DNA of 59,213 nucleotides, from positions 1-59,213 of the IMG/VR virus record IMGVR_UViG_3300033145_001323. The stretch is one strand, 5' to 3'. Every line of letters starts with the position of its first letter. Positions within the stretch are counted from its first letter, which is position 1. The notes beneath the pieces were generated by a model that saw only the letters and a list, made by a program, of their open reading frames with translations, ran no database searches and had not been told where the DNA came from. Origin of the DNA: a virus. Taxonomy: Duplodnaviria; Caudoviricetes. This document shows, piece after piece, positions 29,516 through 38,443 of the stretch. Made by a program: the position numbers and the translations under genes.

Positions 29516-29672
29516 AATCTTATAAACTAAAAAGCAATAAATATTTTTTGATAACTTGCCGTTGCTTTTTAGTTTTGTTTTAACTTGGTCGCTTATCGTT
29601 CCGCCCTGTTTTTTTATATTGTCAAGGTTCTCTGTTTTTGGAGTATATCAGACCCCCGTCCCATTACTGCTT

Positions 29673-29716
29673 ATTATAGCATTTTAAAAAATACAACACA
29701 AGCAAAGTTATCCACA
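29673..29716 (-). promoter_or_regulatory. leftward extended -10 promoter with adjacent oppositely oriented DnaA box
   Basis: TGC-TATAAT (-10 at 29673-29678); TTATCCACA on the + strand at 29708-29716. Confidence 0.55.
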
Positions 29717-29824
29717 GGCAAAACTCTTTTATGTCAAGCACATAATAACTTTACTTTGTCAATAGAATATAATCAAATCAAAACAAGCCCGAACTAATAA
29801 ACCTTGACAGTTTATCTTTAATAT

Positions 29825-29896
29825 TGTGAAACATTTGTGAAACTATCGCTTGTTTTATTGTTTGTTGTTGTGTTTGTTTGTTGTTTGTTGTGAAAC
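29825..29896 (+). repeat. three TGTGAAAC direct repeats in a TTG-rich low-complexity tract
   Basis: At 29825, 29836 and 29889. Confidence 0.65.
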
Positions 29897-30126
29897 TTCT
29901 TTTTTTTTATTTATTTATGTTTGTTGTAGAACTTTAACAGATAACCATTTATTCAAAACAAACCAAGAAAAAAAAACAAAAGACAAAAAGAACGCCTCCC
30001 CACCATCATTCCCGACTGAGAAAAATTCCACAGATTCGCCTCTTTACAATAATAAAAAAACAAGGTATAGTATTAAACCACTTACCTTGTCTTTCTACTG
30101 AAAATTTTTTCTCAAAAACGCCTGAT

Positions 30127-30783
30127 TTATAGTATTTTAATCAATAAATCCATAGCTTTTATAAAGTCCTTTACTGTTTTAAGATTTAATATTTTTTTAT
30201 TACTCAATCTCTTAACTATTAAGAATGCTCGTTTATATTGTTTTCTATGACAATTTGTTTTAGAATGGCAACTTCTACATAATGTAATCAAATTATATGG
30301 ATTACAATTCTTTTTATTGTAATCTATATGATGAACATCAAAAATTTGATTATTTTGTTGTTTTATACCACATAAATGACAAGTATATTTATCTCTTTTC
30401 CGAATCGATAATCTGAAAATATTTGTCCAATCTGTGGTATATGGCTTAAAAGACCTACCATCTATCCAAAAATTACATTTTTCTCCCAAATTCGCTTCTC
30501 TTATTTTTTGTTTAGTTTTTTCAGATAATTTTATTCCCACTCTTGCCTCACTTAATTTTCTTTTATGTTTTTTTGATTTTGGTCCTTTAAGTTTCTTTCT
30601 AATATCTTTTCTTTTAGTTGCACAGTTTTTACTCATTTTCCTTTTAGTTGCTTCTGGATTCTTAAACCAACCATTTTGTCTTCTAGTTTCTATTCTTTTT
30701 TGAATAGTCTTTTTTGTAAGCTTATTTCCCAATGCATTTTGTCTACCCAACATACCTTGTCTTTGTTTTTCTTTAGTTGTCAT
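30127..30783 (-). CDS. HNH homing endonuclease with NUMOD3-like N-terminus
   Basis: KHKRKLSEA, SEKTKQKIREA; RDKYTCHLC..DVHHIDY..NLITLCRSCH. Confidence 0.85.
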   Translation of the reverse strand: MTTKEKQRQGMLGRQNALGNKLTKKTIQKRIETRRQNGWFKNPEATKRKMSKNCATKRKDIRKKLKGPKSKKHKRKLSEARVGIKLSEKTKQKIREANLGEKCNFWIDGRSFKPYTTDWTNIFRLSIRKRDKYTCHLCGIKQQNNQIFDVHHIDYNKKNCNPYNLITLCRSCHSKTNCHRKQYKRAFLIVKRLSNKKILNLKTVKDFIKAMDLLIKIL

Positions 30784-30816
30784 TGAGGTTTTTTATCTAT
30801 TTAGTATAGTCCAATT

Positions 30817-31152
30817 TTATAATATTTTAATAAAAAAATTCATTAAATCTATAAACTCTTTTACTGTGTTTAGTTTTATAAATTTTTTATCCATTAGGCC
30901 TTTTATTATTTCGAATGACTCTTTTCCCTTATCTTTAGCTCTGTCTTGGATATAAACTGGATATGATGGGTATATATATGGATGATAATAATTCTGCCAA
31001 TAATCCCAGCAACTTTGCTCACCTAAAACATTAGTGCTATCATAACCACCACAAGTAGTACCACTATCAGTTGTATTGGCCACCATATTAATAGTTAATG
31101 AACTAGCATTAACACTTTTATCTAATATCGACATTACTTCTTTTTTATTCAT
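30817..31152 (-). CDS. hypothetical protein
   Basis: 111 aa; C-terminus duplicated at the end of the adjacent HNH gene. Confidence 0.65.
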   Translation of the reverse strand: MNKKEVMSILDKSVNASSLTINMVANTTDSGTTCGGYDSTNVLGEQSCWDYWQNYYHPYIYPSYPVYIQDRAKDKGKESFEIIKGLMDKKFIKLNTVKEFIDLMNFFIKIL

Positions 31153-31272
31153 TTTTTTTGCTTATTTGTTTCTCTGATAAAAGAGTTAAAAAGCAATTTT
31201 ATAGAAATATCGGATATTTAGTTTCTATTACTTTTATTAAAATTAAACTATTTTATAAAGTTATTAAATAAG

Positions 31273-31470
31273 TTAAATTATTGATTCCGATTTTATTTCT
31301 TTTTCTCTTTTCATTCTTTCCCATGTCTTTGTTTGATGGTCATAGTCATTATTGAGTATATCTCTTGCGAGTTCGATATCTATCCCTAATTTCTGGGATG
31401 TAGATTTTATGGCATCTTTGTCTTCTTTGATTCTTTTGTTTCTATAGGCTTTCCATTCTTGTATAAACAT
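31273..31470 (-). CDS. hypothetical protein
   Basis: 65 aa; downstream of a leftward promoter. Confidence 0.55.
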   Translation of the reverse strand: MFIQEWKAYRNKRIKEDKDAIKSTSQKLGIDIELARDILNNDYDHQTKTWERMKREKEIKSESII

Positions 31471-31528
31471 ATTAATGTTAAGTGCACCAATTGTGCATAA
31501 ATTATTATTATTTTAATTGAATATTTAC

Positions 31529-31622
31529 ATACTATCATTGGATGTTTTTTGTGTCAAGTTACTAATTAAGTGATTGATTTATAAATAAGATATTTGACCC
31601 TTTGGCTAATTGGCTTTATAAG
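31529..31622. promoter_or_regulatory. divergent promoters at the strand switch
   Basis: Leftward TTGACA-N17-TAGTAT (31529-31557); rightward TTGACC-N17-TATAAG from 31594. Confidence 0.6.
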
Positions 31623-31655
31623 TAGTATAGTATAGTATAATTTAAATATTAAAAT

Positions 31656-33248
31656 ATGGCATGGTATAATTTTCTTACAAGAAATACAATTAAAAAACCC
31701 GAACCAAAACCAGAAGACAGTGATAGTGGGAAAAAAGTTTTAACAATTAATGAATTTATGACAGAGATTGGATTATCTCGCTCTGGTGTTATTAGTTCTT
31801 ATGGTGAAGAAGAGAGCCCTGATGATTTAGGTCCTGAAACTTATATCTCAATGCAACACAATGATGGAGAAGTGCAAGCAATTGTTAGATTGCTTTCTTT
31901 GCCGATTCAATCTACACCGATTACTATTATTCCAGGCAAAAATGATAAGGGCGAAAAGGAATTTATTGAAACGGTACTTATGGGACCAGAGTATAATGGT
32001 GGGATGACCACTCCATTACCATTTATTATCGCTGATATGACAAGAGCTATATTTGAGGGTTTTAGATTATATGAAAAAGTTGCTCATATTATAAAAGATG
32101 GTCCATATGCTGGTAAAATAGGATGGAGAAAGTTAGCACCAAGGGATGTTTCAACTATTTCGTTAAGAGCTGATAGTCATGGTGGTTTTAATGGTGCTCA
32201 TCAAGTATGTTCATTTGGGGATAAAACTGTTGATGTCAATATTCCTGCCAATAAGTGTATTTTATATACATTTCAAAAGGAAAAACATTGGCTTTATGGT
32301 GAATCTATATTAAAAGCTGCTTATTATCATTATGATAAGAAACATAAACTTTACTATATTGCCCATAAAAAAGCAGAAATTGAGGCACTTGGATTAAAAA
32401 TATTGAAAATTAATCAGAATATTACTCCTACTGAAAGAGTAGCTGCTGAAAATACAATAGATACTATCGGTGTAAATTCAAGAATTACATTACCACAAGG
32501 ATTGGAGTTAGAAATAGATAGATCAACTGGCGGAATGGATATAATGCCATTAATTGATCATCACAATAATCAGATGGCCATTTCAGCTTTAACCCAGATT
32601 GTATCTCAGGTAAAATATGCTTATCCATATGGAAAAGGAACAGAACAATCAAAATATCTTGGAATGGCTATACATTCTATTATGCGACAAATGGAGACAA
32701 CCTTGAATACTTATGCGGTTGCTCCATTAATAGATTGGAACTTTGCATCAAAGTCTTATCCACAAATCAAACTTCAAAATCTAACAGATGATGTACAAAT
32801 ATTGTTAGCACATGTGTTCGATAAGATCCTTGGTAGGAAAGAAATTGGTATTCCTAGTGATTTTATTGATGAAGTAACTAAAAAGATTGGAAAGAAAATG
32901 GATTTGGAATGGTCTAAGAATAGTACAAAAAAAGAAAAAAAGACAGAATCAGAAAAGAAAGAGAATAACAAAAAAGATGATAAAAAGAAAGACAAAGAAG
33001 AAGATAAGAAAGAAGATAAAGAAAAAGACAAGGAAAAAGATAAAAAAATAAAGAATTCACTAGATGCTTTTGAAAAGGGAAAAATACAGGCATCTAATGC
33101 ATTGGGAATTTCAGCACCATCAACACCAAGTAAAATTAAGAAACAAATATTAAAATTAGATGATGAACCTAAAACTATAGAGAAATGTTTTGATATAGGT
33201 TATCAATATATTTATGAAAAATTCAAACGAGGGAACAGTAAAATGTAA
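31656..33248 (+). CDS. portal protein (Mu gp29/DUF935-like)
   Basis: 530 aa at the head of the head-morphogenesis cluster; GFRLYEKV, YGESILKAAY, VAPLIDWNF..YPQIK. Confidence 0.8.
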   Translation: MAWYNFLTRNTIKKPEPKPEDSDSGKKVLTINEFMTEIGLSRSGVISSYGEEESPDDLGPETYISMQHNDGEVQAIVRLLSLPIQSTPITIIPGKNDKGEKEFIETVLMGPEYNGGMTTPLPFIIADMTRAIFEGFRLYEKVAHIIKDGPYAGKIGWRKLAPRDVSTISLRADSHGGFNGAHQVCSFGDKTVDVNIPANKCILYTFQKEKHWLYGESILKAAYYHYDKKHKLYYIAHKKAEIEALGLKILKINQNITPTERVAAENTIDTIGVNSRITLPQGLELEIDRSTGGMDIMPLIDHHNNQMAISALTQIVSQVKYAYPYGKGTEQSKYLGMAIHSIMRQMETTLNTYAVAPLIDWNFASKSYPQIKLQNLTDDVQILLAHVFDKILGRKEIGIPSDFIDEVTKKIGKKMDLEWSKNSTKKEKKTESEKKENNKKDDKKKDKEEDKKEDKEKDKEKDKKIKNSLDAFEKGKIQASNALGISAPSTPSKIKKQILKLDDEPKTIEKCFDIGYQYIYEKFKRGNSKM

Positions 33249-33413
33249 GTTTTGCGGGGTTAGTAATAAAAAGGGTCGAGAATATTGCTGGAAGTGTGGA
33301 AAATTATTAATTCATATAGTTTATGAGGATGAATAAAGATATGACAGAAATTTAGAAAATTTGACCTTCAAAATCTTTTGGCATAATATGGTAAATATAG
33401 TTACTATATTATT

Positions 33414-34199
33414 ATGAAAAAACTTGATCTGGGAATTAAAAGATGTCTTCAATGTAATAAAAAGATAAGGTTAAATGTTAGAAGGGATATATGGAGGAAG
33501 AAATTTTGTTGCCGAAGTTGTTCAACTAAATATTATCATCCATTTAAGGGTATTTGGGATAACCTTGAAATAGTAGCAAGAATGAAACGAAATATGCGGA
33601 AGCCACATAGGATTACTAAGAAATTATTAAAAGCTGCCAAAGAAAGAGGGTTAAAGAGACAAGGGAAAAGAACAAAATCCAAACAAATTATTTGTCAACA
33701 TTGTGGTAAGGAGTTTTATATTGCTGAATGTAGAATAGATGGGAGAATTGGTAAAAATGGGCACAAACAACTAAGAAAATATTGTAGTAGAAAATGTAGG
33801 ACTTTTGCATCACGAAAGCCCGATGAATTGAAAAGAAATAAAACCAGATTACGAAAGTGGAGAAATGATATTCTAAAAAGAGATAATTATAAGTGTGTAA
33901 TATGTGGAGAGGATAATATAGATTTATTACAGGCAGCACATAAAAAATCAAGAGTAGAATATCCAGAACTTCAATATGACTTAGATAATGGAGAAACATT
34001 ATGTTTACAGTGTCATGCAGACAATTCACCTAAACATCTTAGAAATTTGATATTAAGTTCTAAAAATAAAAATAAGGTTTATCTATATTGTTTAAATTGT
34101 AATAAAAGGTATTATAGAAAACCAAGTCAACAGGGTAAATTTTGTTCTTTTTCTTGTTATATAGATTATAAAAGGAAAGAAAATAAAAGATTACTTTAA
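33414..34199 (+). CDS. HNH endonuclease with multiple zinc fingers
   Basis: CxxC..CSxxC repeats; RDNYKCVIC..LQAAH..NGETLCLQCH. Confidence 0.8.
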   Translation: MKKLDLGIKRCLQCNKKIRLNVRRDIWRKKFCCRSCSTKYYHPFKGIWDNLEIVARMKRNMRKPHRITKKLLKAAKERGLKRQGKRTKSKQIICQHCGKEFYIAECRIDGRIGKNGHKQLRKYCSRKCRTFASRKPDELKRNKTRLRKWRNDILKRDNYKCVICGEDNIDLLQAAHKKSRVEYPELQYDLDNGETLCLQCHADNSPKHLRNLILSSKNKNKVYLYCLNCNKRYYRKPSQQGKFCSFSCYIDYKRKENKRLL

Positions 34200-34299
34200 A
34201 ACCATTCCAAAGAAATTTGATAAATGTGTTCGTGAAAAAGGAAGAGTTAGAAGAATATCAGGCCCAAGTAAAAAATGGAAACTGAAAAAGAATCAGTAT

Positions 34300-34539
34300 A
34301 TGAATATTTGTTGGGATAGAAAAAATATTCCACACCGTGGCGAAAAACACACAAAAAAAATAAAAAAGAGCATAGCTTTATTAGATGATAAGGTATTATT
34401 AAGTATACATCATTATTTACATCAAGTGGAAAAGAAAAAACAAAATAAAATAATTACACATATCCATTCTATTATTGTAAATGAAATGGAAAATAGAAAA
34501 TTAAAACATTATAGAAGAGATAATCTAGATATTATATAA
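34300..34539 (+). CDS. hypothetical basic protein; frame is open upstream past 34204
   Basis: In-frame IPKKFDKCVREKGRVRRIS upstream with no ATG. Confidence 0.5.
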   Translation: MNICWDRKNIPHRGEKHTKKIKKSIALLDDKVLLSIHHYLHQVEKKKQNKIITHIHSIIVNEMENRKLKHYRRDNLDII

Positions 34540-34543
34540 AAAT

Positions 34544-34831
34544 ATGGCTAAAATTACACTAGGAGTATTATCTGAAAAAATAGCGAATTTATCTGAAAAA
34601 ATTGAACAGGGATTTGAAGGTGTTCATAAAAGACAAGATATAGCGAATAATAGAACAAGTAAGCAAGAAGAAAGATCGAATAGACATAAAAAACTAATTA
34701 CTGATCTTGAAAAAACTGATATAAAGATTTATGCAAAAATTAAAACAACAAGACTTTTTTGGATGTCAATGGCAACTCTTGTAACGATTATTTTTACTTT
34801 ATGTGGTTTTATATTTGGTAAGTATTATTAA
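34544..34831 (+). CDS. coiled-coil protein with C-terminal TM helix (holin-like)
   Basis: Heptads followed by a hydrophobic C-terminus. Confidence 0.5.
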   Translation: MAKITLGVLSEKIANLSEKIEQGFEGVHKRQDIANNRTSKQEERSNRHKKLITDLEKTDIKIYAKIKTTRLFWMSMATLVTIIFTLCGFIFGKYY

Positions 34832-34910
34832 AAAGGTGATTGTATAGTTCTTTAAAATAGGAGGATACTATGAAAAAGATAATAATCTGGTGCATAACCA
34901 CAATAGTATG

Positions 34911-34938
34911 GTCGTATGTCGTATGTCGTATGTCGTAT
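34911..34938 (+). repeat. (GTCGTAT)x4 microsatellite
   Basis: Perfect 7-nt tandem repeat inside a short SD-led ORF at 34870-34965. Confidence 0.85.
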
Positions 34939-35137
34939 ATCTTTGGGTTAAACAAATTTTACTGAAAGGAGGATAATTGTGAAATGCTTTATTTGTAAGT
35001 TTCTGTCAGTCAAGATTTCAGACCACCGAAGAGAAGAACCCGTCAGAAAATTCTGTTATAAAAGACGAATTATTCTAACCTTAAACTACATCAAGAAATT
35101 ATCTCATAAATGTAAAGACTTTGAAATGGAGGACTGA

Positions 35138-35353
35138 ATGAAGAGAAAACACCATGTAATTCCTTCAAGTAAAGATGGCTCTAATCACAAATCCAATATC
35201 TCAATGGTAGAGGAACAGACACACCAAGATTTCCATAGACTTTTTAACAATATGCTACCCCAAGAAATAATCGTATTCTTGGTAGAAACATTTTGGAAAG
35301 GGAGATATAGCTACTTAACTGATGTATTAAAAGGGAGGGAAGAAAATGAATAG
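35138..35353 (+). CDS. minimal HNH-like protein
   Basis: HHVIPSSKDGSN..NI..HQDFH. Confidence 0.6.
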   Translation: MKRKHHVIPSSKDGSNHKSNISMVEEQTHQDFHRLFNNMLPQEIIVFLVETFWKGRYSYLTDVLKGREENE

Positions 35354-35543
35354 ACAAGATGAGATTGACAGCTCTTTTCTAACTACAGTCAATATATTAG
35401 CAACCAGATTTAACTGCAAAATAACTATTGATATGGAGAACAGGTCAGTAGAGTTTGATTGCCCTAAAGAAACGGAAGCAGAATGCGCAATAGAACTTGA
35501 TAAGATTTACAGAAATCATTTAGACAATGAGGTGATGATATGA
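35346..35543 (+). CDS. hypothetical protein
   Basis: SD GGAGG; overlaps neighbours. Confidence 0.55.
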   Translation: MNRQDEIDSSFLTTVNILATRFNCKITIDMENRSVEFDCPKETEAECAIELDKIYRNHLDNEVMI

Positions 35544-35734
35544 AAAGCAGGACAGCATTAGCAGATTTTGTAGATAGTTATTATAAGTTCTATCTTGACC
35601 CCACTGCTGAAAATGAAGCGGAGTTTGCCAATGCTTTTCTGTCAGCTCGTAGGGCAGGATACCTCCTAAACGAACTAAATCTCACTAAAAAAACAGTTGA
35701 GAAATTAGTTCAAACACGGGCGACTCATCTTTAG
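35540..35734 (+). CDS. hypothetical protein
   Basis: SD GAGGTG; ATGA overlap. Confidence 0.55.
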   Translation: MKSRTALADFVDSYYKFYLDPTAENEAEFANAFLSARRAGYLLNELNLTKKTVEKLVQTRATHL

Positions 35735-35819
35735 GTAAAACAAAAATAGCTTTTGCCACCGATGATGTCGCCCTAATTCTTTAATAAGTGAAGTCAAGTT
35801 ATAAGTCGAAGTCAAAGTT

Positions 35820-36068
35820 ATGTCAAAAAATGTTAATGTCAAAGAAATAGATTATAGTTATATTGAAGGATTATTAAGAGTTTTGTCTGGTAGGGTGCTG
35901 ACAGTTATTGATGCCTCAATACCAGATGAAAGACAAAACAAAGCGACCAAGGATTTAGTCAAAAAAGAATTCTGGACATCAATCAATAAGGTTCAAGAAT
36001 ATTATTGGAATGGAGATAAGGGGCATTCAGTTAATCTTGAAGGAAAGCCAAGTGACCCATTAAATTAA
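35820..36068 (+). CDS. hypothetical protein enclosed by a 22-bp stem
   Basis: 82 aa; inverted repeat 35777-35798 / 36079-36100. Confidence 0.6.
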   Translation: MSKNVNVKEIDYSYIEGLLRVLSGRVLTVIDASIPDERQNKATKDLVKKEFWTSINKVQEYYWNGDKGHSVNLEGKPSDPLN

Positions 36069-36363
36069 AGACGAAATTCTTGACTTCACTTATTAGGGAA
36101 TATGAAAAAAAAGGTATAAAAAAATGAAAATTACTTCAATATTTGTTATAAGTTTTATTTCAATAATTTTAATGATAATTCATTTAGGTGTAATAGCTGA
36201 AAAAGAATTACTTATTTATATAATTTTATTTGGAATAATTGTAAATTATATTACATTAGCACTTATAGTAACAAGTAAATAATTTAAGTATATTATAAAT
36301 CAAATATTTGACCCTTTTAAGAATTTAAGATTATATATATAAAAACATTGGAGAGCAATTAAT

Positions 36364-38421
36364 ATGAAAATTATACAATTTAGTTTTGATGCTGATATTG
36401 TCAAAACTAGCCATAAAGTAAAAAAAGATAAAAAAATTGAAGAAGGTGACCATATCATTGAGGGATATGTAATGACTTCTGATATTGATTCACAAGGAAC
36501 CATTATTACTAATGAGGCTATTAAGCGTTCTAAGAACGACCTTTTAAAATATTCTACGGTTTTATTTAACCATGATAGAAATCGCCCTATTGGTAAGATA
36601 TTGGAAACTGATTTTGATAAAAAGGGACTTTGGGTAAAAATGAAGTTATCTAGATCTGAATGGGATATATGGGAAAAAGTTCAAGAAGGAATTATTTCTA
36701 AATTTTCTATCAATGGTAGAATTGTAAAAAGTTCATTTGTGGAAAAAGGTAAAAAGGGGAAAACAAAGAAAAATCGTATAATACCTTTTGATAAATTAAT
36801 TAGAAAAATAGATAGATTAGAGCTTTATGAGGCATCATTAGTATCTGTGCCAGCCAATGTGAGGGCTAAGGCAATTAACTGGTATATTCAGAAATCTCTT
36901 GATTTAGCTGAAAAGAAACAATCAAAAGGAAAGGTAGTTATAAAAAAGAAAATTATTAATAATACTATAAAAAAAGAAATTATTAAAGAACTTGAATCTT
37001 TAGTTAATGAATTAAAAAACAAAGATGCTAAAAATATTATTAATAAGACTATTCATATTTTAAAACAATCAAAACACAAAAAGAAAGTACTTGGCTTGTC
37101 TGATAAATCAGATAATATTTATGAAGTTAATAACTCTGATATTATAGAGTTGGATGGTAATAAGTTTAGAAAACAGCTTCTAAAAACTGGACAGTGGTAT
37201 CATTGGGATGCTGAAGGTGGTATATTGGATATTACAAAAAAAGCTATAGGCAATATTGTTAAAAATTTCGAAAAGAAAACAATCGAGCATGTTTATGTCC
37301 CACTTACACATTCCACTAATCCAAGTAAAAATACGGGAGAGGTTACTAAATTAATACAAACAGAAGATGGCTTGGATGCTATTTGTGAAATCAAGGATGA
37401 AAAAGTAGTAAAGAAAATTAAAGATGGTTTGATTAAATGTGTTTCTGCTAGTATTGATGAAGATTATATGAATAAGAAAAGTGGAAAACAAGTAGGACCA
37501 ACATTACTTCATGCTGCATTAGTTGCTGAACCATATATTAAGGGCATGAGTGGATTTACTGAATTATCAGAAAACAGTTGCAAAAAAGTTATTTCATTAT
37601 CTGATACTAAACCAACAATCAAGGATATGATAAATCTTTTAAAAAATGATTTAAAAAAACTTGATAAAAAAGTTAAATTAAAAAAGAAAAATAAAAAGGA
37701 GAGCAAGAAAATGAAGAAAATTAAGAAAAAAGTAAAGAAAGTTATTAAAAAAATTAAGAAATCTGCATATACTAAATGTATTGGTAGAGAAATGAAAGAT
37801 GGTAAAACAATGAAGGAAGCTGCTAAGATTTGTAAGAAAGAAGCACCAAAAGAAACAAAAAAGAAAATAGAAAAAAAGGTCGAAATAAAGAAAACAAAGA
37901 ATAAAGTAATGAAAAAAATTAAAAAAAGTAAAATGATAAAGAAAGACAATAAAGTCAAAGTAAAATCTTTAGAAGATAAAATAAGTAAAGCATTAGGAGT
38001 AAAGTCCAAAGCTAAGCTTAAGAATCGTTCTAAAGCGGTAGTCAGTAAGAAAGTTGATCTTGCTGAAGCCGAAAGGGTGTATTCTATGTATCTTGAGAAA
38101 GGGAAGGTAGTTCCTGCTCAAAGAGATACTATAATCTCGCTCTTAACATCGAAGTCTGCGGTTAATCTTGGAGACGATCAGGTCGACGTTAAAAAGGTTT
38201 TAACTTCTTTCTTAGATAAACAGCCTAAAATAGTTGATTTTGAGGAAAAAGGAACTCAGGAAACTACCAAGCCGAAAATGAAAAAAGCAAAAGGTGTTCC
38301 TCAAGATGTTAAAGAATTTTATGGCAATATGGGATTGGATAAAAAACAAACTCGTGAAGCTTGGAAATTCGCAAAAGAATCAGCAGATAAGGCTAAAGAA
38401 GATAAATCAACTTTGTTTTAA
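36364..38421 (+). CDS. prohead protease/scaffold fusion with two protease domains (HK97-type plus Mu gpI-type)
   Basis: LFNHD..PIGK..FSING..EASLVSVPAN, then VPLTH..VSASI..GPTLLHAALVAEPYIKGM, then a Lys-rich scaffold-like region. Confidence 0.8.
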   Translation: MKIIQFSFDADIVKTSHKVKKDKKIEEGDHIIEGYVMTSDIDSQGTIITNEAIKRSKNDLLKYSTVLFNHDRNRPIGKILETDFDKKGLWVKMKLSRSEWDIWEKVQEGIISKFSINGRIVKSSFVEKGKKGKTKKNRIIPFDKLIRKIDRLELYEASLVSVPANVRAKAINWYIQKSLDLAEKKQSKGKVVIKKKIINNTIKKEIIKELESLVNELKNKDAKNIINKTIHILKQSKHKKKVLGLSDKSDNIYEVNNSDIIELDGNKFRKQLLKTGQWYHWDAEGGILDITKKAIGNIVKNFEKKTIEHVYVPLTHSTNPSKNTGEVTKLIQTEDGLDAICEIKDEKVVKKIKDGLIKCVSASIDEDYMNKKSGKQVGPTLLHAALVAEPYIKGMSGFTELSENSCKKVISLSDTKPTIKDMINLLKNDLKKLDKKVKLKKKNKKESKKMKKIKKKVKKVIKKIKKSAYTKCIGREMKDGKTMKEAAKICKKEAPKETKKKIEKKVEIKKTKNKVMKKIKKSKMIKKDNKVKVKSLEDKISKALGVKSKAKLKNRSKAVVSKKVDLAEAERVYSMYLEKGKVVPAQRDTIISLLTSKSAVNLGDDQVDVKKVLTSFLDKQPKIVDFEEKGTQETTKPKMKKAKGVPQDVKEFYGNMGLDKKQTREAWKFAKESADKAKEDKSTLF

Positions 38422-38443
38422 GTTCATTAATAAAATATAATAT

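Noticed and set aside
5749-29716. DnaA-box cluster as a bacterial oriC
   Set aside because: Boxes are single, dispersed over 24 kb and at fixed distances from -10 elements.
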